Source: Mobula hypostoma
Lineage: Eukaryota
Reading direction: 5' to 3'
Assembly: GCF_963921235.1 (NCBI RefSeq)
Contig: NC_086108.1
Coordinates: 46,936,001-47,000,000 of the forward strand
Length of the DNA: 64,000 bases
Shown: piece after piece, positions 51,516-63,800 of the stretch
How positions within the stretch are numbered: the first letter of the stretch is position 1
Layout of the letters: each line of letters opens with the position of its first letter
Notes under the pieces: generated by a model
Databases searched by the model: none
What the model was told of the DNA's origin: nothing
What the model saw: the letters and a program-made list of their open reading frames with translations, nothing else
Translations under genes and position numbers: made by a program

Positions 51516-52429
51516 ACTACAAAAGTGGGTCTAAAATCATGACTGATCGCTGCAATGTAAAGAAAAGGAGCAGGACTCAGCCATCTGCCCCTTCAATTCT
51601 ATTCTGCCATTGACCAACATCACAGTTAATCTACCTCAGCACCATTTTCCAACACTGTCACCATATCCCTTTAATTTCTTCAAAGCTCTGAAATCTATTG
51701 ATGCCTGCTTTGACTGAAGTCAGTGGCTGAGCCTCCACAGACCCTCCACGTAGAGAATTCCACAGGTTTGCTGCCCTCTCAACGAAGAATAAATCTCTCC
51801 ATATTCTCAGTCCCGAATGGCAGATGGAGAATGTTGGGCAGGTAAGTAATTAGATGATGAGAGATAAGGAACCATGGGAAGCACAGTTCGTCACATGTAA
51901 GTACCACCTAGTTTCTTTATCAATCGTAGCCAATCAAATCTCTCTGCAGTCTTCCTGTACTTACACACAAATACCACCCAGCTTTATAACATCAGGAGAC
52001 CTGGATTAATAACAATCAATACCCTCATCTAAGTGATTAACATGGATTGTAAATAGAATGACGATCAAATAATCAAAATAAGAGCTATGGCATGCACAGT
52101 GAATTTCATGAGAACATGACAGTGCCACTCAACCCTGCCATTCAAAAGATGATGGCTGATATTCTACCTCAATGCTATTTTCCTTATCTGATCCTAAAAC
52201 CCTTGATTCCTTTAATATTTAAAAGCCTGTCGATCTCTGTTCTTGTGTTTACTCATCAATTGACCATCCACAGCATCCCCTGGGTAGACAATTCCAAAGT
52301 TTCATTATCTTCTGGGTAACGATGTTCCTTTTTACTTCACTTCTGAATGGACAATCCCCTAATGTTGAGCTCCCGCTTCTGGACAGAGCAGCCAGGCGAA
52401 GTATCATGCCTGTTTTTACCCCATCAAGC

Positions 52430-53112
52430 CACAAGAAAGTAGCATCCATCATCAAGGTCTCCCACCAGCCAAGCCATGTTCTCTTCTTGCTGATGCCATT
52501 AGTAAGATGGTACAGGAGCCTCAGGACCCACACCACCTGGTTCAAGAACAGTTCTTACCCCTCAACCATCAGGCTTTTGAGCCAGAGTGGATAACTTCAC
52601 TGAACTCTTCCCACAACCCATAAACTCACTTTCATGGACTCTTCATCTCATGTTCTCGATATTTATTGGTTCTTTCTTTCTTTCTTTCTTCTTCTTCTAC
52701 TTCGTTCGTATTTGCACAGTTTATTGTCTTTTGCACATTGATTGTTTGTCCATCCCGTTAGGTGCAGTCTTTCATTGATTCTATTGTTTCTTGGATTTAC
52801 TGTGTATGCCCGCAAGAAAATGAATCTCAAGGTTATATATGGTGACGTTTATGTACTTTGAACTTTGAACCTGTGGACTATTTTTCAAGGATTCTACAAC
52901 TCATGTTCTTGATAGTATTTATGTATTTAATTTTGTATTTGCGGAGTTTGTCTTCTTTTGCACATTAATTATTTGTCACTCTTTGTCTGTAGGTTTTCAT
53001 TGATTTTGTTGTTTTTCTTTGTTCTACTGTGAATATCTGCAAGAAAATGAATCTCTGGGTAGTATATAGTAACATATACATACTTTGGTAATAAATTTAC
53101 TTTGAACTTTGA
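52430..53112 (+). mobile_element. Rex1 3' fragment with two successive 3' UTR/tails
   Basis: YRSLRTHTT.FKNSSYPSTIRLL; CAAGAAAATGAATCTC...(CTTTGAA)n occurs twice, ending ~52870 and ~53112. Confidence 0.75.
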
Positions 53113-55197
53113 TCAAGGGATTTTATATTGATCTGCCCTCTCCATTGACTCTTTTAAGTCCAGGCTCAAAACTTACCTTTATTCACTAGCATTTGAATCT
53201 TCCTGATGTGGCTAATTTTTGGCTTGTGCCTATGCTTATGTGTTGTTTATTTTGTGCCTATAAGCTGTGTGCCTTGTTGTTTATATCTGTGTTTCTTGTA
53301 TTTGTGATTTTAGTTACCTGTTATGGTTTGTACAACACTTTGGTCAACATGGGTTGTTTTTAAATGTGTTTTATAAAAAAATTTGCCTTGACTTATTCTT
53401 TTCAGCCCTTGAGGAAAGGTCTAATTTGTTTACTCTCTCCACTTTGGACAAACTCTCCCATTCCCAGGTATAAATCTGGTAAGCATTAATTTCACTTTCT
53501 CAATGGCAAGTATATCCTTGTGTAGGGATTTAGACCTGCAGACAATATTTCATATTCAGTTTAATCACGGCTTGAGCTTGCCCATGGCCTGTTGGTTGAT
53601 TGATTAACCTTGCACAAATGATAGCTTAATTCTCATTTATTTTTAAGAACTGTTTTGAGCATCCATTCTCTAAATTTGCCGTGGATAGTTAAGGTTCATA
53701 TTTGTAGAATAAAGTCTCTTACAAAAATGTGATAATTGTTGATACAATGTCTACCAACTATACTGCTCAGAAAGGATCAATTTAAATTTTGCATGAAGAA
53801 AATCCTCAGAGATTTAAAAGTATACTTTTTTTCTTTTTTCATTCGACTAATCTTCCTATTCCAACATTTGACTCCAATTGACCCTCTGTCATTTTTGTGT
53901 TTCTTTCTCAATCAGGTCCTATTGAGTGTAAAGCGCAGATTCAAATATCGCTGTGATGATTGTACGTTCTAGTACTGATTGTTTGGCGACAATAAAGTAT
54001 AAAGTAAAGTATTGGTTAAGAATATAATCAGTTGGTACCATCATGCAAATTGCAGAAATCCTTCTGTCCCCTCTGTTCACAGTTCCACCAAGCTGCTGGA
54101 CAAAATAGATTCATTTAGAAGTCTGCAGCAAGATGTCAAATGATGCACATCTGGAGTTAATAATGATGTTTGGAGCTGATTCTGGGCTCAGACTAAATTT
54201 TTTGCAATCTTTGCTTGAATTTTTAAGATGGGCCTTTTTAAAAGAATTTTAGCTGTGTTTTTGTTCACCTGTCCTCTGATGTTGGTTAAGGTAAAGCAAT
54301 AGAAATGGTTGTTGCAGATACTGGAGAGTGAATACAGTACCACAGTCAGGGACACACAGGTTTCACTTCTGCTTATTCAATCATGAGGAAATCGGGGCTC
54401 TATTCCAAGTTAGTACTTTACTTAAGAGCCTTTACTGGCCCAGTTACCACTTGCTGAAACAGTGATTTCTGCCGATTTCTAAAAATGCCTACTGCCATAA
54501 AACCATCAAGATAAAGTGCAGGCAGATAATTGCTTCAACCTGAATATTAAGTAGATCTGTTCCTCGTGTTGATATCTAAGTTGTTGTTGCTTCAATCTAT
54601 TCTCCACAATTTGAAAACCAATATGAAGCACTAACTGCTTTTAACAGCCTATAGCAAGATCTGAACCTTAGACCTTCTAGATCTGTACAGTTTGGTCATA
54701 ATGGATAACACCCTCATTCACTGTTCTTTGAGAATCAAACTGGCACCAACACACCCACTTCACGGGCAATTTATATCTAATTTAATAATTTATTCAATCC
54801 AGGAAAATGGAAATCTGATTGAATCACATTCTGTCCACATTTAGTTTTCAGAGCTGTTTCCAATCTTTAAAGTCATTGCCTTTGTCTGATTTACATCCTT
54901 AGTTTTGTCTTGTTTCTCATTAAAACAAGGGTAATTTTTGTGCCTTTGCTAAACCAAGGAAACATAATCCTGATAAGAAGCCCTCTTATCAGGTGTAAAA
55001 GTCGTATTAAATTCATGCTCATTCCTTTGAATGGTAAGCCTGGAACATGGATACAGCTCATGGCAAAAATAAAATTGGGTATTATTTTATATTATTACTC
55101 CCATTTAACACTGACAACACTGTAATTTTGTTGACCAATTGTACGTTTATTATAAAGTTAATTCAATGCGCATTACTTTGAAGTTTGGTTCCTTAAG

Positions 55198-55870
55198 GTT
55201 GTTATGGCCAGGAGTGGTAGTAGGGACAAGCTCTCACTACCTATTAAGTGCTCCCAATCGCATGCAACTCAAATAGCCTCTGGGAACCAAGTCCAGCTCC
55301 TGGCCTTCATGTGTGGATTAGTTACTAAGCCCAGTGGAACTGTTTCTATTGACAGGAGAAGGGGCAAAGGTGGGCTACTGGCACCTTAAAACCAGTCACT
55401 TCAGGCAGATAACACACACAAAATGCTGGTGGAACAGAGCAGACCAGGCAGCATCCATAGGAAGAAGCACAGTTGACGTTTCAGGCCAAGACCCTTCATC
55501 AGGCAGATGGGGCTTGTCAGTCATGGTTGGCAGCTCATTTTGGAGAAGGAAAACTCTGATCTCAAACCTCTACTGACTTGCAGCTATACCCATTCATGAG
55601 GAAGGCTTCAGGAGTAAAGGAGGGAAAAATCCAGAGCTGGAGTCCCTAAGGCAATGTTATGTTGAGTTCAATGCCATCTGGGAACTCCTGCGATGCTGTT
55701 GGTGCCAAACTGTAACGGTGTCTGTAGTTCCTTTGGATTCATCAGATGCATGGTGAGGGGGAGCTTGCTACATGGGCAACAGCTTGTTCTCCATGTTGTG
55801 TTGTCCTGGCTTGCGTATCTAGACAGCTAGGACACAACATCCTTGGTTGATTCTGTTGGATAGAAGCCTC
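55198..55870 (+). mobile_element. Probable RTE-related non-autonomous element, host of a PLE fragment
   Basis: Continuous across the insert once the 10-bp duplication is removed; family tentative. Confidence 0.45.
55411..55502 (-). ncRNA. Short PLE pLTR insertion with intact hammerhead core
   Basis: CTGATGA-A-GGGT-CTTG-GCCT-GAAACGTC at 55502-55475; TSD TCAGGCAGAT at 55401-55410 and 55499-55508; stem I 5' arm absent. Confidence 0.75.
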
Positions 55871-57424
55871 AAAGTTTGAAGAATTGGCAGAAATGTATAT
55901 GAATTTATATACATAATTCTTGGAAGTTTAGGTATCATCATAAACTATCACTTGTTATAGGTCCAGAAGCTCATCTGGGAGATAATAATCTATCATGTCT
56001 ATTTTGATCCATTTGGATTTAGATAAACCAAGAGATTCAAAAATATAGGGCAGTCACAGCTTTCGTAGTACATGAAAGCTATAAAATGCACACTTTGACA
56101 TGAAGGGAATCAGGAAAACTATTGATGCTGACAAAGCATTAACTTTAAATCTGCAAAAGAAAATACTTATAAAGTGAAAGGACAAGACAACTGAACACAA
56201 GGGAAGGAGAAAATATGGATTATTTTCACTTGGTTGTCTTTCACAGTTCAACCATTTCTCAAAGCATGTATAGACAAATCAAGTACTTGCCTTCCAAATG
56301 AGTTTTACATTTGCATTAAAGATAATCTGACATGCTTAGTTTACTTGAATTCCAGCAAAACAATTGTGAATAATATCAACAGTCCTTCTGAGATTAAAAT
56401 TTACATTTCAAAATGATTGTTGTGGAAGCCCATAATGGCACAAAGTTGTCCGACCAGAAAGATCTCAAGGGCACGACCGCTCCCTCATTCATCAATCCTT
56501 ATCCATCCCAATAAACCTCCCACCCAATCTTCCTATCTGCCTGTTTTGTCCCATTGGGAAATGTAGAACAATATTGTTATATCTCAGTTGATATCAGTCA
56601 CTACTTAATCACAAATCCAACTGAAACTTATATTGCAGATTTACTTTTTACCTTCTCTTTACTGATTTATATTATTTAATAAATACGACCAAGTTTCAGG
56701 GACTTTCTTCCCAGTTGAAACAATACTTTATCCTAGAAATAATAATGGTACTACTTGTTTTTCATTGCACTGTTCTGATTGTTAGAATGTATCTGAATCT
56801 CACGGGACTGGAACTGGCCACATCATAAAAATGAAGCCTGAGTAGATTATGATGTGTAGGTCAGCATCCTGTTGAAAAAAAAACTATCAAAAAAGCCAAG
56901 AAGGAAACCATTTAATCCATTATATCTATGATGGTTCTTGGAAATAATTAACCAATTATTGCCATTTCCCTGCTGTTTCCTCAACAGTTCTTTCATCATA
57001 AATATCTGAGCAATTTTTTGAATGTTCTCAATGAATCGTTTCCACCATTCTTTCAGGCTACATTTCAGATTACTTCCATCATTTTAAAGACAGCAAATAT
57101 ACCCCTTTAAGCTTTTCCCTGAAATACATTTCAATCTCTTGCATTGATCTGAAACCTTCCAATACCAAATAGCTTGATTTTGAGCCATTCAAGTTCCATG
57201 TCAATAGAAATATCTCATGAAGCTCCTGATAAATTATTATAAGGCTTTCCGTATTGCCTCCTGGTTGTCCAAGAGGCTGTTGAAATCTACATTGTTACAT
57301 TCACACTACCCGAATACCAGACCAACAAAGGAGCCTAACCATATCTCCTTAAACTCAGTGGTTTTACTGTTTCCAAATCCCATACATTCAACATCCCAGA
57401 AAGTACCATTGATCAAACATCTGC

Positions 57425-57650
57425 AAGGAACAAAACAGAAAATGCTGAAACCTATCAGCAGGTTGGGCAGCATCCATTGAAAGAATCTTCCTAGAGATGC
57501 TGCCTGCCTGCTGCATTCACCAGCAACTTTGATGTGTGTTGCTTGAATTTCCAGCATCTGCAGATTTCCTCGTGTTTGTGTTTTTAAATCCATTGAAAGA
57601 AATTTAGTTAATATTTTGGACATTTCAGATCAAAGGCTCTTCATCAGAAG
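57425..57650. mobile_element. Old minus-strand PLE pLTR copy with a young plus-strand PLE tail (57486-57587) inserted
   Basis: TSD ATCCATTGAAAGAA at 57472-57485 and 57588-57601; old copy ends in CTGATGAAGAGCCTTTGATCTGAAATGTC (minus, ~57648-57619). Confidence 0.8.
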
Positions 57651-58214
57651 GTGGTCACCATGTTTTGTACTTCCAAAACAATTTCGAGCAAGGCACTTTT
57701 AAATATTTATTGGAGGTGTTAAGGTATTATTAATTCAGGTTTTTAATGAACGCGCATTGAATTGTTACATTGGTAATACTGTATATAATTTTAGGTGCTC
57801 ATTTTTTGTTGTAAAATATTGTGATTGAAATATTGTATGGAAATGAGAACAGAAATAGCTGAGCAGAGATTACATTTTGGGAGTCTAAATACTTCCCGAT
57901 ATTTAAATTAAAAAGTGCAAAATAATCCAGGTCACTGATTCTGGACAGGGCAGCATAATCTCTGAAACGTATTCTGTACTTTCAAAGTCAGAACTACAAT
58001 TATATTGTTAGGTAAAATGATAAATATCCTTGAAATAAAGAAAAAATGCTGGAAATAGTATATCAGCTAGCATATGTGAAATAAATAAAAACAGATTTAA
58101 GTATCAGCTCCAATAATATTCCGTTTAAATCATCACTCGCTGTTTTCTCTTTACGGACGCTGTCTGTCCCTGCGAGTATTATCTGCATCTGCAATATCTT
58201 GCTTTCGGTTTTGA

Positions 58215-58940
58215 CTCCTGCGCAAATCCCTGTCACTGAACGATCGGTTGGAACTACCAGCTGCTGAACTGTTTGGAGAGCCGTCTCGGAGAATCTCGGA
58301 CGACCAAGGACGACGTGCAGCTTGGAGGACCAGCTCGGAGGACCGTGAAGAGAGCGCCTCGTTGTGGCTCAGGGCAAGGCGGTTGCAGTGGGACTGCAGG
58401 ACGGGGGCGGATGCGGAGTTGGAGCCGGCTGTTGTGTGGAAGCTCGTATGGTGGGTGACTGGGCTCCCTCCGGAGCGCTTCCCGCGACTGCTGCTTCGTG
58501 TCGGCGCTGAAGGGACAACAAGCCGCTACCGTCTCCCCCGTCCGCCGAGGGTAGCGGTCCGGCACCCGGTCGCCACGCTACCTGTAAAGCCCCGTAGGGA
58601 GAGGGGGCCGGGCCGGGCCGGCAGCGACACAATAACCCGGCCGAGAAGCAAAAGAATACACCGAGGGAGGATGTAAAGGAAACGGTTCTGAAAGAGGAGG
58701 ATTCGGGGCAGACGCTCTTGGAGAGGCCGGGGATGGGGCAGCAGCAGGGCCGCGTCGGCGGCACTGCTCTCGCTGGTGCTAGTGGAGAGACAGCCCAGCC
58801 AGGCAGGGGTAGGGTTGGCACGGCGAGGCCCGGACATGGGGGTAGGAGAAGAGAAGCAATAGCCAGGGGCAATGAGGCTGCCTGCAACATCTTCACTCAC
58901 CATGGTAAGCGTGCAGTTGTTCATATCCTGGGAAACGTGT
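58215..58940 (+). promoter_or_regulatory. ABL2: CpG island: ABL2 promoter and 5' UTR
   Basis: Abrupt GC/CpG enrichment against AT-rich flanks; GC box GGGGCGG at 58404-58410; ATGTAA start-stop at 58671-58676. Confidence 0.8.
58733..58904 (+). CDS. ABL2: ABL2 (Arg) tyrosine kinase, first coding exon 1B; rest of gene beyond window
   Basis: MGQQQGRVGGTALAGASGETAQPGRGRVGTARPGHGGRRREAIARGNEAACNIFTHH matches vertebrate ABL2 1B (MGQQVGRVG...RPSGRRR...FNIFTQH). Kozak GGGATGG, Gly2 myristoylation site, phase-1 donor CATG|GTAAGC at 58904/58905, inside a CpG island. Confidence 0.93.
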
Positions 58941-61900
58941 CTCTGAGGCAGAAACCTATCCAACTGTCTTTAATTACTGTACTTACACAGACCAATGCAT
59001 CCCCCTTTGTTGTTATTTCCTCCTTCAGTTGCCTGTTATGTGTTAAACAATAATATCCCACATGAATATTCTCCTTAGTAAGTCAATGTAGTAAAATGTA
59101 TGAAATTCAATTCAACTGCAAGAAGATATTTTAATACATTCCATGGCCTTTGTACTCCACCTTTGGACAACCACTGTTTTCACTTGGGTTTGTCATAGAT
59201 ATTTGTGGGTTGCTGATCGCAGTTGTCATGTGTATTAATGAATATTTAAAGATGGGGAGTGTGTCAAATTGTGGTGCTGATTGTCCCTTTATCATCTTTT
59301 TAAATTACTTGAGCTAATGGGAAAACATTCTAGATGCTATTATTGATTTACAGGACATTGCTTATATGGAGTAAAGCTTGTGAACTTCATTTTGTAGAAT
59401 AACTCTTTTATGGGTTGATTTGGTCGTCTGAAGTTTGGCAAGAGAAATAAAGCTTGAGTGTGCCAATTGTCGCAGTCTTCAGTGTCTTTGGTAACCTGAA
59501 TAAAGTTTGGGCGCAGTGACAAAGGAAAAACAGATGTTCTTATAAGTTGCGTGATGGTTGTTTTGTTCAGTCAGTGCAGTGGCCTTTGGTGATTTTCAGA
59601 AACATTTCCCTCAAGTTCCAATAATTTTCACAAAGTTTCCAAGATATCTATTGTTTCTCAAAGTTGTAATTAACTCCCATGAACTATGGTGATCCAGAAA
59701 TTTATTTTCTTCAGTGTGGTATCCTGCTTGTCTTTCAATGTGATGATTTTCTTATTTATTCAGGAAATGACTCTTAAACAGTTTCTGTCTCTGTGCGTCT
59801 CCCAACCTTGCACTTAGTGAGATTCATGCAATCTTATTTTCAAATTTTGTACTGTCATAAAATTGGATGTGAGCAAATGTCACTGATTATAAACAATTAA
59901 CAATTTCCGATACAACTCGGTGATATTTAACAGTGGAAGGCGCAAGACTGTTTTATTATTTTGCCATATTTCTCTGTACTGCATCTGTAGGGCTTAGTGA
60001 TGGTAGGGCACTGGCAAATTGTTCATGCAGACTCCTGCTTAATCACATTGGGAAAACAGTGTTAATTAGTTTTAAGCTTCCATGGGAGAGAGAATAGTAG
60101 ATGGTTGTTCGGGCAGTGGATTAACTGAATATTGCAAAATGCAATCTGTTGTGGATCTACTGCTGTCATTGTGTGGTCTAGAAGAATGAAGGGAAAAAGG
60201 CCGAGGTTTGCAAGCATAGATTCAAAGTTAATATCTAAGAGAACGTGAGAAGCAGAGGATGATTGGGTTCACTAGGAAGCATCGAAACAGTTTCACACTG
60301 CAAATGGCAACCTTGGTTGCAGATTGGCAGCTTCAACCTGATTCTCTTTATTGTGGCACAGATGGATGAGGTAAGAGGTGATGAGACAAGTCAATAATGA
60401 ACAAAACCATTTCAGTTTTATTTGGAATACCACTGAGAGTTTGTATTAACTGTGTTTAAACCTTGTATTATGACTTGGGAAGGTTGGTCTTGGCGATTAA
60501 TATCATGCCATAATGATATTAATCTGATTCAATGACAAAAGCTTTAGGTAACTTCGGTAGTCCTGATTTGAGAAGAAAGGAGTAATTTGGGGTATCAATG
60601 CCAAGTGAAGTTAATATTGTAATTATTTTTAAGACAATTACCTCTCCAGAGGTATTTACCCATAGTTGTAAGGGTGGATGACAAAAATTTTAAGAGCCAT
60701 GAAATAAGATTTTTGGGAGACTCTTGAACACTCTACACAATGCAAGATAGGTAATAATTGGACCCATTTTCATTTACAGGTTTGAAGAAAAATCAGGTAA
60801 AGATCGGATTAGAGGGTGGTAGGAATGGGTATCATAAGCGAAGTTTCCTCAGAAGGATTGACTTTTGCTTTTACATGGTGTGCGTCATACAAGTTGACGG
60901 GAAGGACATTGGTTGGCCTGACAAGTTTAAACTGTCATCAGATTAGATCTTCCCTTGTTTGGCTGATGGAATTGAGTTAGTTTGTTGTGGCAAGCATGGG
61001 CCTGATTTTTGATCAATGTGATTCAAAGGTGATTTTTTTTTTGTTTTTGTTTGCAGAAACCATTAAATATTTTTCTTTGTTTTTTTTAACACTCAGTATT
61101 GAAACATGTAGATATATGGAACACCTCTACAAAAATGTAACCAGCTGGATAAATTAATAAAACAGATTGGAACTTCATTGCTGCTTTGGGCTAAATTTTA
61201 CTCAGTTTTGTTAATGGGGAATAAACAATTAGTGTCTGTCACAATGTATTTTGTTACATCTCATAATCTGCATCTGTCCAGTGATTTCACAATAATTTAG
61301 AGCTGCAATACTATAAAAGTTGTGAGAGAGTGAACCAGTCTTTATACATGTGTAAATATTACAGATTTATTTTGTATGATTGTTTTCTTTCTTTAGCTTT
61401 TACCAAGGGGATTGCCTAAGATCAGGAAGTTGTCCCACAGGTGCCGACTTGTTAATAAGCAGAACAGAGCTGGGCCATTCTGATTTTGGAAGGAGAAAAT
61501 TATTTGAGCTTCCTACATTAGGTGAGGATAGGAGTGATTGTGGGTGGGAAATTGAAAATTGAGGGCTGGGGTCAAGCAACAAGTGTTGTGACAACGTTGT
61601 AATTGCCCAGATCTACATTCTCAACACAGTAACACTTTGAAAATTATAATTTGTTATCAATATTTGCACAGTTTTTCCAACCAATTGTGGAGTTTGACCA
61701 TGGCTGCATTTGCTTATGTTGAACCTCGTAAGAACAGCTAAATCCACATTGAATTGTGTGTCAGCAGAATGCGTCTGCTATTTTATTATGCATCCTCTCA
61801 AATTGGTCTGTTTTCTGCTTTAGTCATCCTTGACGCAAGGTGTGTTATTGAATCTTTGTTGTGCTGCCTTATGGTGAGCAAAATCAGTCTAATGGCTTCT

Positions 61901-62024
61901 TCAGCTGTAGCTGAAGTAGATTAAATTGTGAACTATTTATAATATGTTAGTTTTGAAGCAGACCACTAATGTTGCAAGATGAAATACATATATTTATATG
62001 TGTACAGGGCTGCTAAGTTTAAAC

Positions 62025-63800
62025 ATTGAATGTAAAACAGTACAGGACCGTAACAGGCCTATCAGCCCATAACGTTGTGCCACACTAATTATATTGATTT
62101 AGTTGGACATTTGATTACTAATCCTTTCTGCCCACACAATGTCCATATCCTTCCTTTTCTGGACAGTCATCTACAAATTTAAAACCCTCTTGAACTCATC
62201 TATTTTATTTGCCTTCACCATCAACCATACAGTGCATTCAGTGCACATTTCCTGTGAACTTACCCCATCACCTTAAATGCATATCCTCTTGTACTAGACA
62301 CTTCAACTCTGGGGGGAAAGATACTGGCTATCTATCTAAAGTTCTCATAATTTTATAAACCTCTAGGAGATCTCCAGAGAAGACAAACTAAGTTTGTTCA
62401 GTCTTTCCTTATAGCACTTGCCCTCTAATCCAGACAGCATCTGGTAAACCTCTTCTGCACCCTCTCCAAGGCCTCCATATCCTTATAATGGGGTGACCAA
62501 AACTGAATGAAGTATTCCAGATGTGGCCTAACTGTAATGGACATACTTGACTCTACAATGGGTGGTTAAAACTGTCCAACACATCACTGGCACCAGTCTA
62601 CCCATCATCAAGGACATGTATACAGAAAGGTGCTGGGATTTCCCCCGGGATCAATAAAGTATGACTATGACTATGAAAAGGCCAACAATATCCCACCCAC
62701 TGTTTATGGACTGTTTGTCCCACTACCATCAAGGAAGAGGCTATGCAGCATCAACACCAGCACCACTAGACTCAGAAACAGTTACTTCCCCCAATCCATC
62801 AGGCTGATCAACACCTCCAACCACGAATCCACCCCATCACCACTCCAGACGCATCATCTAGTGTCACTATATACATACAATCTGTCTATATGTACTTTAT
62901 ACTTTGTATTTTATAGGATTGTTTTTATATTTGTATTTACTGTGTTACTTAAGCTTATCATGCTTTTTTATGCTGTATCAGATCTGGAGTAATAATTATT
63001 TTGTTTCCCTTTACACTCTTGCACTAAAGAATGATGATAAGCAGTCTTGAACTAGAGTTTTATAAAGCTGCAACATAACTTCCTGACTTTTGAACTCAAT
63101 TACTTAACCAATAAAGGCAAAGTATGTCACATGCCACCTATGCTACCCTGTCAACCTCCATGGAGGTATGGGCTGGGGCCACCAAGATCATTCTGCACAT
63201 CAACACTGTTAAGGGTGTTGTCATGAACAGTGTCCTGTCTCTTTATATTTGATCTCCCAAAGTGCAGCAGTTAACATTTGGCTGGATTAAAATACCCCTG
63301 CTATTCCTCTGTCCATATCTGCAACTGATTTATATCCTGCTGTATCCTTTGCTAGTCTTCTAAGCTATCCACAGCACCAGGAATTTTCATATAGTCTGCA
63401 GAACATCATTGATGACAAACCTCCAGCTAGAATAAGTCCTGTTGACCACTACCTTCTATTTTGTATAGGCAAGCTAATTCTGAATCTAATTAGTCAATTC
63501 GCCATGGATCCTGTGTATCTTTGTTTTCTGGATGAGCTTCCCATGATGGACCTTGTAAAAAGCCATACTAAAATCCATGTAGACAACATCCGCAGCTCTA
63601 TTTTCATTAATTGTCTTCATTACCTCCTTGTTAAACTCTGTCAAGTTAATAAGATACAACTTACCCTTCACAAAGCCATACTGACTGTCCCTAACTAGCC
63701 CGTGCTATTTCAAATGTTGATAAATTATATCTCTAAGAATCCTCTCTAGTAATGTTCTTATTGCCGACATGAGACTCATTAGACAGTAGTTTCCAAGATT
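62025..63800 (-). mobile_element. Degraded CR1 in ABL2 intron 1 with a plus-strand Rex1 fragment inserted at ~62535-63052
   Basis: LINLTEF.KEV, DVVYMDFSMAF.KV.HG (63486-63671); Rex1 TTRLRNSYFPQSIRLIN (62630-62992). Confidence 0.75.

Noticed and set aside
58248..58963. Several overlapping 100-175 aa ORFs around the ABL2 exon, and similar ones at 9657-10337
   Set aside because: Expected stop-codon scarcity in GC-rich CpG islands; only the MGQQ frame has homology and a splice donor.
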